Shown piece by piece: positions 51,502 through 60,799 of a stretch of 64,000 nt of DNA. The notes under the pieces are model-generated. The model was given only the letters and a program-made list of their open reading frames with translations. It ran no database searches and was not told where the DNA came from. Source of the stretch: Nitrospinaceae bacterium (GTDB lineage Bacteria > Nitrospinota > Nitrospinia > Nitrospinales > Nitrospinaceae); contig OZ245011.1 in assembly GCA_965223665.1 (NCBI GenBank), forward strand, positions 2,304,001 to 2,368,000, in the 5' to 3' direction. The stretch's first letter is position 1; each line of letters starts with the position of its first letter. A program made the position numbers and the translations under genes.

Positions 51502-53337
51502 ATGAAGATTAGCGGCTTAGCAAATTTTCTTCGACCTCCTTTGTCACGTCAAAGGAATAATGAAGAAACACAATTCAATACAAATATTCGGACATCATCC
51601 AAAGGTTTGGTGTCCCCACGTCCCAACCCCTCGAAAATACTTTTTGATTCATTTGTCTTCAAGTCCAATCAGGTTCCTAACATTAATAATCTATCCGGGC
51701 CACTGTCTGCATTTCGTTTGACAGAATCAGGAAGATTCCTAACAAACAAATTTCAAAAACCCAAACTCCCCATAATCGAAAATTTCGAAAAGCGATCCCG
51801 ATTTTTAGAAATCAAAACAGATTCAATTGAGAATATTAAAAGTCGACTCCAAAAATTAAAAGAAACGATCAGTGAAATCAATGAATCTCAGAAGCTTAAT
51901 TTAAGAGGTAATTCGTCAAATCCTCCAAACATCATAGAAATCCAGACTGGCAGTCAAAGCCCTCAAACTGAATTCAAGGTTCGCCCTAAGCGGTTAGCTT
52001 CTGGAAGTGTTCTAGTTTCGGACCAACAAAATAAAAGCTCATTAGGTTTATCGGGTAGTTTTCGAATTAATGGTACCGAGGTAAATGTGTCCACAAGCGA
52101 CACCCTTTTTGATATTAAAAACAAGATCAATTTAGGTGAAGATCTTAATAACAATGGACAATTAGACCCCAAAGAGGATTTCAATAATAATGGAATCGCT
52201 GAAATTCTTGAAATAAGTGGGAATGAGTTTTCAGAAGGTTTTTATTTAAATGAGGACATAAATGGGAATGCCGTTTTAGATCCCCAGGAAGATTTAAACA
52301 ACAATGGAAAATTAGATGGAGGAACTGTCAATTCTCAAGTCAAAGCAACAATACAAAATAATCGCTTGTTATTAACAAGTGTGGCGGAAGGCTCACAATC
52401 TATCTCCTTAGTGGACTCAGACGGAATTCTCTTAACACTCGGATTTTTTGAAACTACCCCGAGTGGATCTACTGTCCTAAAAGAAGTTCAATTAGATTTT
52501 TCCAAAAATCCTGCAACTAATTTAAATCAACAACCAAAACAAGCAGAAATTGAGTTCAATGGAAAAAAAACTCTAAGCAATTCAAATGAGTTTAAAAATA
52601 TTATTGAGGATACAACGTTATCTCTAAAAAACTCCTCGAATGAAGAAATATTAGGAAAGATCTTTCTGGATATTCAATCTGGAGTTCAGCAAATAAAAAC
52701 TTTTTTCGAAAATTTTAATTCTTCTATTGTTGCCTTGAATGATTCTCTGTTAGGATTCAACCAATTTACAACCGACTTTGAATTTCAAAAATTGAGAAGC
52801 GATTTAACCCAAAACTCAAAAAATCAAATCAAAAAAAATAACAAACAAGCTGAAACCCGAAAAAGCGTTTCGCCTCATTCAAGAAATACGAAATCATTTG
52901 GATTGGAGATATCAGAAGACAAAAACTCTAATATCTCCGAAATTGCTGTTTCACAATTAGTAAACACAATTAGAAGCGGGCTTCAGCTGCCCTTTGAAAA
53001 CACAGGCAATCATATTTTTAGAAAACTTACCACTATTGGTATCCGAAACCAAGAAGACAGCACATTTAAAATCGACATTCAAAAGCTTGAGGAAGCATTG
53101 AAAAAAAATCCCAAAGAAGTCTTAGACCTTTTCACCAATTCCCATACTGGAATTTTTAATTCCTTGGAGAAACAACTCAACAAGGTTTTGGATAAAAATT
53201 CCGGGTTATTAGAATTAAAGAAAGACTTAATTGAAAATGTCTCCAGTTTTTCTGAAACTCCTTCTGAAACTTTCGAAGCTGAAGAGCGTAACAGGACATT
53301 GGGCTTACAGTTTAGAAACTTAATTACAGTGGCTTAA
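51502..53337 (+). CDS. fliD: Flagellar filament cap protein (FliD-like) with inserted EDxNxNG repeats
   Basis: KRLA...SD, GSFRING, SNEFKNIIEDTTLSLK, LTTIGI, IDIQKLEEALKKNPKEVLDLF; flagellar context. Confidence 0.7.
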   Translation: MKISGLANFLRPPLSRQRNNEETQFNTNIRTSSKGLVSPRPNPSKILFDSFVFKSNQVPNINNLSGPLSAFRLTESGRFLTNKFQKPKLPIIENFEKRSRFLEIKTDSIENIKSRLQKLKETISEINESQKLNLRGNSSNPPNIIEIQTGSQSPQTEFKVRPKRLASGSVLVSDQQNKSSLGLSGSFRINGTEVNVSTSDTLFDIKNKINLGEDLNNNGQLDPKEDFNNNGIAEILEISGNEFSEGFYLNEDINGNAVLDPQEDLNNNGKLDGGTVNSQVKATIQNNRLLLTSVAEGSQSISLVDSDGILLTLGFFETTPSGSTVLKEVQLDFSKNPATNLNQQPKQAEIEFNGKKTLSNSNEFKNIIEDTTLSLKNSSNEEILGKIFLDIQSGVQQIKTFFENFNSSIVALNDSLLGFNQFTTDFEFQKLRSDLTQNSKNQIKKNNKQAETRKSVSPHSRNTKSFGLEISEDKNSNISEIAVSQLVNTIRSGLQLPFENTGNHIFRKLTTIGIRNQEDSTFKIDIQKLEEALKKNPKEVLDLFTNSHTGIFNSLEKQLNKVLDKNSGLLELKKDLIENVSSFSETPSETFEAEERNRTLGLQFRNLITVA

Positions 53338-53338
53338 A

Positions 53339-53746
53339 ATGACCTCAATTCCCAAAACTGAAAAATTAATTCAATTGTTAAGTGAACAACAAACCTGCTA
53401 CCAGGCACTATTTGAACTTGCTAAACAGCAAAAGGACGCTATCGTTGAAAACGATGATGAGCAATTATTTAAAATAGTTGACAAAAAAAATCCCTATGTA
53501 AAAAAAATCTATGAACTAGACCAACAATTTACCAATATCTTAGGCTCATTAAGTGACAAAGAGAAAGATCTGCTAAATATAAATGGAGAAGACATAAGAA
53601 AGCGTATTGTCTCCTCTATTGAATCGTTGATAAAAATTGAGGAAGAATGCTCAAACTCCCTAAGTTATAAAAAGGAAGAAACTTATGAATTACTCAAGGA
53701 GTATAAAAAACGTAAAACCGGTTTAAAGGGTTACAACTCATTTTGA
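53339..53746 (+). CDS. FlgN/FliT-like flagellar export chaperone
   Basis: Helical pattern LxxLLxEQxxxYxxLxxLxxxQKxAI...D; directly follows fliD. Confidence 0.6.
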   Translation: MTSIPKTEKLIQLLSEQQTCYQALFELAKQQKDAIVENDDEQLFKIVDKKNPYVKKIYELDQQFTNILGSLSDKEKDLLNINGEDIRKRIVSSIESLIKIEEECSNSLSYKKEETYELLKEYKKRKTGLKGYNSF

Positions 53747-53779
53747 AAATTTTTAATCTATCATAGAGAGCAAAAAAAA

Positions 53780-54001
53780 ATGCCATTGCCAGTAGGACAA
53801 GTTTCTAGAGTTTTCCGTAGCTATTTAAATCAAGAACGTATTGCAGAACTCAATAAAAAAAGCGGCATAAAGACCGTTCAAAGACAATCTGATCAAGTAA
53901 GCATTTCTTTAAAAGCAAGGGAGTTGCTTAAATCCAGTTTAGAAAATAAGGGTACTCTTTCCAACACATCTTTGAATTCCCCTACAAATTCTCAAAAGTA
54001 A
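53780..54001 (+). CDS. Small FlgM-like or FlgM-associated protein
   Basis: DQVSISLKAR motif resembles the FlgM-type D-x-V-x-IS-xx-A motif; lacks the RVxxxKxxI anti-sigma C-terminal helix. Confidence 0.45.
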   Translation: MPLPVGQVSRVFRSYLNQERIAELNKKSGIKTVQRQSDQVSISLKARELLKSSLENKGTLSNTSLNSPTNSQK

Positions 54002-54169
54002 GAGTTCCCTAAAAAGGTTCAAAGCTAAGAAATTTACAGCGTTTATACTCAGTAAAAAAGTAATTCCCTCCTGAGACCCAATTCAGTGTGGTAATTTTAT
54101 TAATAACTGATTATTATAAATCATTTCTTATTTTCAAAAATTTAAAAATAGAATAACCAGGAATTTTGA

Positions 54170-55642
54170 ATGATTTGTGTCCCTATTGTTGGCCCTACAA
54201 TGGATCAAGCCCTTAGTGATTTGGATTTATGCCAATCCGTAGCTGACTTTGTTGAGTTTCGTTTAGACCTATTCTCTGATTTTGATCTTCCCCGTCTTAT
54301 AAAAGAAGCGGGAAAACCATCCATAGTTACCAACCGTTCAAAAATGGAGGGAGGACAATTTAGAGGATCTGAAGACGAAAGAATTGCGGTTCTAAGAAAA
54401 GCCATTGACCAAGGAGCCCAATATATAGATATTGAAACATCTACCCCGGGCCCCTTATTAAAGTCTGTATTAGAAAATAAAGGAAACACTCAGGCGATTC
54501 TTTCTCATCATGATTTTACGAGAACTCCGGATGATTTGTTTCCACTATACGAATTAATGTGTCAATTGCCAGGAGATATTTTAAAAATTGTTACCTATGC
54601 CATGGATATAAGTAATAACCTGGTGTTGTTTAAGCTTTTGGCCCAAGCAAAAAAAGATGAGAAAAAATTGATAGCATTTTGTATGGGGGAGAAGGGTGAA
54701 ATAAGTAGAATATTATCGCCTCACCTGGGGGGCTTTTTAACTTTTGGGTCCCTGCAACGGGGGAAAGAAAGTGCCCCTGGTCAAATTCTAGCTTCAACTT
54801 TAAAACATATCTATCGAGTTAATGATCTCACCCCGGAAACCAAAATTTTTGGAGTTATTGGAGATCCTGTTTCCAAAAGCATGGGATATTTGATTCATAA
54901 TCAGGCGTTTCAAGAAACCCACTTGCCTCATGTATACGTTCCTTTTTTAGTCAAAAATGTTTCACAATTTTTTTCAGCTTTTGAACCTTACTTTAGCGGA
55001 CTAAGTGTGACTATGCCCTTCAAAGAAGAAATAATGAAGCATATGGATTTTTTAAATGAGGAAGCTAGACAAATTGGTGCCATGAACACCGTTGTTTGGG
55101 AAAAAAATAGTTGGGTGGGTTATAACACAGATTGCTCGGGGGCAATTATAGCTCTAGAAAAAAAAGTGAGCTTAGAAAACAAAAAAGTCTTAATTATAGG
55201 TGCAGGTGGAACTGCTAAAGCCATAGGACATGGTATTGCACAGCGGGGAAATCAATTAACCCTGACCTATAACCGAAACCGTGAAGGCGCAGAAAAGCTA
55301 GCTCAAGAATTAAGTGCTAAACTTATTAGCATTCGAGACATTGACCAAGAGTCCATCGACATTTTAATAAACTGCTCGCCAATAGGTATGAAACCCAATA
55401 TTGAAGAAACTCCCTTTAGGACAAATTTATTAAAACCTGAAATGGTCGTATTTGATTCAGTTTACAACCCTTTAGAAACCCGCCTCATTAGAGACGCTAA
55501 ACAAGCGGGATGCATAACTATTCCAGGAGCTGAACTATTTATCAATCAAGCCATGGCCCAATTCGAACTTTGGACTGGTTTGCCTGCCCCCGAAAGTGAA
55601 ATGCGAAATATTGTAATAAAAAAATTAAGTGAAAATGAATAA
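54170..55642 (+). CDS. aroDE: Bifunctional type I 3-dehydroquinate dehydratase / shikimate dehydrogenase
   Basis: AroD: EFRLD, EGG, SHHDF, APGQ. AroE: GLSVTMPFK, MNT, NTD, GAGGTA, DSVYNP. Confidence 0.92.
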   Translation: MICVPIVGPTMDQALSDLDLCQSVADFVEFRLDLFSDFDLPRLIKEAGKPSIVTNRSKMEGGQFRGSEDERIAVLRKAIDQGAQYIDIETSTPGPLLKSVLENKGNTQAILSHHDFTRTPDDLFPLYELMCQLPGDILKIVTYAMDISNNLVLFKLLAQAKKDEKKLIAFCMGEKGEISRILSPHLGGFLTFGSLQRGKESAPGQILASTLKHIYRVNDLTPETKIFGVIGDPVSKSMGYLIHNQAFQETHLPHVYVPFLVKNVSQFFSAFEPYFSGLSVTMPFKEEIMKHMDFLNEEARQIGAMNTVVWEKNSWVGYNTDCSGAIIALEKKVSLENKKVLIIGAGGTAKAIGHGIAQRGNQLTLTYNRNREGAEKLAQELSAKLISIRDIDQESIDILINCSPIGMKPNIEETPFRTNLLKPEMVVFDSVYNPLETRLIRDAKQAGCITIPGAELFINQAMAQFELWTGLPAPESEMRNIVIKKLSENE

Positions 55643-55693
55643 CCCTTCCAAAAAAAATATCTTAAACTATAAAAGTATCTTTAGGAGCCTAGG

Positions 55694-57130
55694 GTGGGTC
55701 GAAATATCCAAAAATCCGAATTTTCTTCTGATGACTTTTTAGAATTCAATCAACGATTGAAGGAAGAATATCGTCTCCTTAACCAATGGTTTAAAGAAAG
55801 ATATTTTGATGAAGATGAGCCCGTTTGTGGATTCGAATTAGAAGCTTGGTTAATTGACCAAAATTTTTTACCCTCTCCCTCCAACGACCAGTTCCTAAAT
55901 AAATTAAACCATTCTTTGGTTGTCCCTGAACTATCAAAGTTTAATTTCGAGATCAATAGTACCCCTCAACGTATAGAAGGATCCGTTTTTCAAAACCTGG
56001 CAAAAGAATTCGGGGAAATCTGGGAACAATGTGAACGCTCTGCTCAGGAAATAAATTCCAAGGTTTTAACTGTTGGGATCCTCCCTACCCTTCGAGAAAA
56101 TATGCTCTCTTTGGAAAATATGTCTTCGAATAACAGATACCAAGCCCTGAATGATCAGGTCCTAAAATTAAGAAACGGGCAACCTCTTCAATTAAATATT
56201 AAAGGTCAGGATCACCTTCAGGTAAGCCACCAAGATGTTATGTTAGAAGCCGCAGCAACTTCTCTTCAAATTCATTTACAAGTAAACCCTAAAAAAGCAA
56301 TTCACTATTACAATGTTTCCCAAATTATTTCCGCTCCAATGGTAGCTTTAATGGCCAACTCCCCTTATCTATTCGGTAAAGATTTGTGGCAAGAAACCCG
56401 CATTCCCACATTTGAACAAGCCGTCTGTGTTGCTAGTTTTCGAGACTGTCGTGGGCAACAAATTGAGCGGGTAACATTTGGTACCGGGTATGCTCGCAAT
56501 TCCATTTTAGAACCTTTTTTAGAAAATTTGGATGGTTTCCCGGTATTACTTCCTTTTATTTATGATGAAGACCCCATAAATCTTAGTCATTTAAGATTAC
56601 ATAATGGAACCATATGGCGCTGGACTCGGCCCCTTATCGGCTTTGACAAAAATGGTAAGCCACATATCCGAATAGAGCACAGGGTTCCAGCCGCCGGCCC
56701 GAGCCAAGTGGATATAATTGCTAATATTGCATTTTTTGTGGGACTTATGGTTCATTTTAGTGATCAGGAAATCCCACTTGCATCTCAAATTCTTTTTCCC
56801 GATGCAAGAAAGAATTTTTACGAAGCGGCTCGTAAAGGTTTTAAAGCTCAAGTCAAATGGGTTTATGGACAAAAAATTATGATGAAAGACCTACTTTTAG
56901 ATATACTTCTCCCTGCTGCTAAAAAAGGTTTACTCTCAATGGGTATTGATGAGAAAGAAGTCATTTATTACCTTGACGAAATTATCAAACCTTGCGTGAA
57001 AACTGAGAGAAACGGGGCAAATTGGCAAAGAGAATTTATTTCCGTTTATGGACCTGATTTTCCAAATATGACACAAGCATATTATTCTAATCAGAAATTG
57101 AATATCTCTGTTTGCGATTGGGATATATAA
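55694..57130 (+). CDS. Glutamate--cysteine ligase family (GCS2-like) carboxylate-amine ligase
   Basis: GFELE, ELSKFNFE, QIHLQV, ANSP, ETRIP, RIEHR. Confidence 0.8.
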   Translation: MGRNIQKSEFSSDDFLEFNQRLKEEYRLLNQWFKERYFDEDEPVCGFELEAWLIDQNFLPSPSNDQFLNKLNHSLVVPELSKFNFEINSTPQRIEGSVFQNLAKEFGEIWEQCERSAQEINSKVLTVGILPTLRENMLSLENMSSNNRYQALNDQVLKLRNGQPLQLNIKGQDHLQVSHQDVMLEAAATSLQIHLQVNPKKAIHYYNVSQIISAPMVALMANSPYLFGKDLWQETRIPTFEQAVCVASFRDCRGQQIERVTFGTGYARNSILEPFLENLDGFPVLLPFIYDEDPINLSHLRLHNGTIWRWTRPLIGFDKNGKPHIRIEHRVPAAGPSQVDIIANIAFFVGLMVHFSDQEIPLASQILFPDARKNFYEAARKGFKAQVKWVYGQKIMMKDLLLDILLPAAKKGLLSMGIDEKEVIYYLDEIIKPCVKTERNGANWQREFISVYGPDFPNMTQAYYSNQKLNISVCDWDI

Positions 57131-57137
57131 TACAAAC

Positions 57138-58136
57138 ATGAAGTTAAACGTACTCGATAATATTCCCAATAAATTATTAGAATTAGGACCGGAAGAATTA
57201 TATACTTTTCTCCCCGGTCCAACCCTGATCGAGATTCCAGGGGAACAAAAAAATCCCTTATTTATTTCTACATTGTTACATGGCAATGAAACTACAGGCT
57301 TCCTAGCACTTCAACGTTTCTTGAAAAATTTCAAGTTTCAAGAGAGGTCACTTCCCAGAAGTTTAATTATTTTTTTGGGAAATATTGAAGCCGCATCCCG
57401 AAATTTGAGACGTTATCCCAATCAACCTGATTATAACCGTCTATGGAATGGAGGATCATCTCCGGAGCACGAAATAGCTCAGCAAGTTTTAAAAATTGCA
57501 AAAGAAAGAAAGATTTTTGCCGCAATTGACCTGCACAATAGTTCTGGTAAAAACCCTCATTATGCCTGCATAAATAAAATAGATCCTTCCATTATTGGTC
57601 TGGCCAAACTATATAGTTCTATTTTAGTTTACTTCACTTTACCAAAAGGAGTTTTATCTCTAACATTTTCTGAATTCTGCCCGGCAATTACAATTGAGTC
57701 GGGATTACCAGGTGATTTGGGAGGTATTGCACACGTAACAGAATTTATTGAACTCTGTTTAAATCTTAGATCAATTCCTGAAATTCACTCAGAACCCAAA
57801 AATATTTTTTTAAGTAAGGGAAGAGTAACAGTTCCTTCGGGGAGTAAAATTGGGTTCAATCAGGAATGCAGGAACGTGGATTTCTGTTTTTTAGACAATT
57901 TGGATTCTATGAATTTCAACCTACTTCCTAAGGACACTTTAATCGGTTGGCGACACAATCCAAATTTTAAGCTTTCAATCACTAACGAATATGGCGACGA
58001 AGTCGGTGAAAAATATATCTATTATGACAACAAGAATGAAATCCGATTAAAAACTTCTGTCACACCTTCCTTATTTACGACCCAGCCTGAAATTGTCCAT
58101 CAGGATTGCTTAGGTTATTTTATGGAACATTATTAA
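57138..58136 (+). CDS. M14-family metallopeptidase (succinylglutamate desuccinylase/aspartoacylase-like)
   Basis: LHGNE, DYNR, IDLHN, TIESG. Confidence 0.8.
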   Translation: MKLNVLDNIPNKLLELGPEELYTFLPGPTLIEIPGEQKNPLFISTLLHGNETTGFLALQRFLKNFKFQERSLPRSLIIFLGNIEAASRNLRRYPNQPDYNRLWNGGSSPEHEIAQQVLKIAKERKIFAAIDLHNSSGKNPHYACINKIDPSIIGLAKLYSSILVYFTLPKGVLSLTFSEFCPAITIESGLPGDLGGIAHVTEFIELCLNLRSIPEIHSEPKNIFLSKGRVTVPSGSKIGFNQECRNVDFCFLDNLDSMNFNLLPKDTLIGWRHNPNFKLSITNEYGDEVGEKYIYYDNKNEIRLKTSVTPSLFTTQPEIVHQDCLGYFMEHY

Positions 58137-58160
58137 AAATGGAGAAAAATCTTAAAATTG

Positions 58161-58409
58161 CTAGGGTGATTTTCTCCATTGCACAAATAACTTCCATGCC
58201 TCACCTAAATGATTTATATCGAAACTGGCAGATTGGGCTGAGTTTTCAGAATCAGGACAACGGGCAACGATTATCATTTGATCTCTAATATTACCTGTTT
58301 CCATAAAAATGGAACAGCCTTCAGCCATAACAGCCCCGGTCCCTCTAAGCAACTCCTCTCGAACTTCACGAGCAGAATCTTCAACTGGCATCCCATTTTT
58401 ATTAAACAC
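58161..58409 (-). CDS. Hypothetical protein
   Basis: Starts immediately after the rhodanese stop, same strand. Confidence 0.55.
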   Translation of the reverse strand: MFNKNGMPVEDSAREVREELLRGTGAVMAEGCSIFMETGNIRDQMIIVARCPDSENSAQSASFDINHLGEAWKLFVQWRKSP

Positions 58410-58410
58410 A

Positions 58411-58755
58411 TTACACCTGTGGACGATATCGAGGAATTGATGCGTCTACAACTTGCGACCAAGCATCTATTCCACCCAATAAGTTATAAACATCTTTAAA
58501 TCGTTCTTCTTTTAATATTTTAGCAGCCCGAAGGGATCTTTCTCCCACGTGGCAATAAACTACAATTGATTCTTCAAAGGCCAACTCTTGCATTCGATCC
58601 ACCAATTCAGCGATTGGGATATTTTCGGACCCAGGAATTGCTGCTAAAGAATGCTCCCACGTCTCTCTGACATCTAATAAAAAAATATCAGAATCTGACT
58701 CAATTAGTTGTTTTAGTTCTAAAGGTTGAATATTTATTATCTCTTCAGACGCCAA
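58411..58755 (-). CDS. Single-domain rhodanese (sulfurtransferase), MoeB C-terminal-like
   Basis: LLDVRE, active-site CHVGERS, NLLGGIDAWS...PRY. Confidence 0.9.
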   Translation of the reverse strand: MASEEIINIQPLELKQLIESDSDIFLLDVRETWEHSLAAIPGSENIPIAELVDRMQELAFEESIVVYCHVGERSLRAAKILKEERFKDVYNLLGGIDAWSQVVDASIPRYRPQV

Positions 58756-58962
58756 ATCTAAATTTCCTTATTGAAATAGGGTCTCTAAACCTGGGGAATA
58801 CAACAATTTCTACCCTTAACTCAGGGTATTTCTGGTACAAATTCCGTACAAATCCTATACCAATGTCCGGACAACCGTACAATTTTAACCTCCCAAAATT
58901 CATGGGAAAATCTAAGTACTTAAAATAAAAGCATTTTTTTGTTTTTTTTAAATAACTCCGAT

Positions 58963-58979
58963 TTGGCATAGACATTGCT
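58963..58979 (+). promoter_or_regulatory. Sigma54 (-24/-12) promoter
   Basis: TTGGCATAGACATTGCT: GG-N10-GC with TGGCA and TTGCT consensus elements. Confidence 0.7.
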
Positions 58980-58989
58980 TTATAAAATC

Positions 58990-59140
58990 GAACCACTTAA
59001 CTGTGGGTTTGATCTCTCATCTCCCAGGGGGAGGTCGTAAAGACAGGTCACCGAATTTTGTAAGATTACCCAAACAGTATCTACCCTCCCGATGCTGTTT
59101 GGGCCTGTCTTTTGACCTCTTCCCAAAGGGATCAATTCTT
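58990..59140 (+). ncRNA. Candidate sigma54-dependent structured sRNA
   Basis: Long nested hairpin 59009-59135 whose non-Watson-Crick pairs are G-U on the plus strand; terminal loop TACCCTCCC; begins about 12 nt after the sigma54 -12 element. Confidence 0.55.
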
Positions 59141-59142
59141 TC

Positions 59143-60594
59143 CTACTGAAAGTCCAGTAAAGGCCAATAAACCTTTAATAAGAAAATGTAACATCCCAAA
59201 CCCAATAAACTTAACAACATTCCAACTGTAGCCATTTCCCGGAGTGAAATTTGTCTTGATGAATATGCTAAGGCAGAAGCAGGTGTAGCAATAGGCAATA
59301 TAAAGGCAAAATTACTGGGTAAAATCACCGTCATTGTGGCCAAAACAGGGTTTATATTATTTACTGCACACATACTCAATACCGGGGGCAAAAGAACAGC
59401 AATCACCGCAGAGTTACTCATAAATGTTGTAAACAAAGTAGACAATGCAGCTATCGTTATTAAGAACAGGGTTGGTGAATTAATTAATCCATCAAAAACC
59501 TGGTTGGCTAACCATTGAGCGGCACCCGATTTAGCCATGACCTCGCCCAAGCAAATTGCACCTCCATACATCAAAATAATGGCCCAATTGACATGAGGCT
59601 CCACTTCCTTCCAAGTGATTAAGCTAAAAACAAATAAAGTAACAATTGCAATAATAGAAATGTTGGCAATCCCCAACTGGTCCCCAAACACAAACCAGAA
59701 AAACAGGGTTACCATCATTGCTAATCCGGTTCCCATTTCTTGAAAAGTCATCTTTCCTAATGAAAGTGATTTTTTCTTCAGGTTCTCTAAAGCGGGGCTC
59801 ATATTTACTTTCTCTGGCTGAAAAAAAAGAGAAAGAATTCCCCATCCACAGCACAACAAAAGAATGACAAGAGGCAACGACAACGCACTATATTGCAAAA
59901 TTCCAATACTACTTTGAAACTCTGTTCCTTTTTCAAGAATTTCCACAGCGAGTGGCACCCGTCCACCTCCCAATACTGTAGTGGAACCTCCTATAATACA
60001 TCCCCAGGCCATAGAAAAATATAATCCTTTTGCAAACGCCGAATTTCTCCGGGGTAACCCCAAAGAATTTACAATTTCCGTCACAATAGGAAACAACATG
60101 GCAGCTACCGCATGTTCTGACATAAAACATGAACTCACTGCCCCTAATAAATAAATAGAGCGCATTAGTAATTTTGGTCGATGGCCCCAACGTTGCAATA
60201 CATAGAGAGACATGCGGGAACTTAACCCACAAGCAATCATCGCACCGGATAAAATAAAAGCTCCGAGAATAAAAAAGACCGCCTTGTTTCCAAAAAAAGA
60301 ATAAACCTGAGAAGCATCCATTACTCCCATTAGCGGCAAGGCACCAATAGCTAACAGACTAGTGGCAGATAAGGGAATAACATTGGTCGACCATAAACTT
60401 ACACATAGAAAGAACAGACATAAAACCTTGTAACCATCCTCAGACAAACCATGAGGCGCCTCTTTTCCTAAAAAAATAAAAAAGAGAACAAACATCAAAG
60501 CCACCAAAATAGTTCGCCGAAACCTATCCATAAAAACGATCCACAAGGGTCGGCGATCAATAACAATTTTTTGCGTTGAATTTGATGGAATCAC
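59143..60594 (-). CDS. SLC13/DASS family anion (di/tricarboxylate or sulfate) transporter
   Basis: More than 10 TM helices; FMSEHA, FMSNSA, AFILPIATPAS. Confidence 0.88.
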   Translation of the reverse strand: MIPSNSTQKIVIDRRPLWIVFMDRFRRTILVALMFVLFFIFLGKEAPHGLSEDGYKVLCLFFLCVSLWSTNVIPLSATSLLAIGALPLMGVMDASQVYSFFGNKAVFFILGAFILSGAMIACGLSSRMSLYVLQRWGHRPKLLMRSIYLLGAVSSCFMSEHAVAAMLFPIVTEIVNSLGLPRRNSAFAKGLYFSMAWGCIIGGSTTVLGGGRVPLAVEILEKGTEFQSSIGILQYSALSLPLVILLLCCGWGILSLFFQPEKVNMSPALENLKKKSLSLGKMTFQEMGTGLAMMVTLFFWFVFGDQLGIANISIIAIVTLFVFSLITWKEVEPHVNWAIILMYGGAICLGEVMAKSGAAQWLANQVFDGLINSPTLFLITIAALSTLFTTFMSNSAVIAVLLPPVLSMCAVNNINPVLATMTVILPSNFAFILPIATPASALAYSSRQISLREMATVGMLLSLLGLGCYIFLLKVYWPLLDFQ

Positions 60595-60799
60595 AAGAGT
60601 CCTACTTGAAGTTTTTCTAGAAGGAGAAAAAAATATTATCCAATTTCTATAAGTTAAAAAAGTTTAACCATTTAACCTACAAGAAATAGCTAAAGGATTC
60701 AAGGAGTAACACTATCATCCTTGAGCAGTATGAGAAATTAACTCCAGTTCTTGGTCTATTTTTAAAATAAAATTAAAAGAGTTTTTTCTTTTAGGCAGT

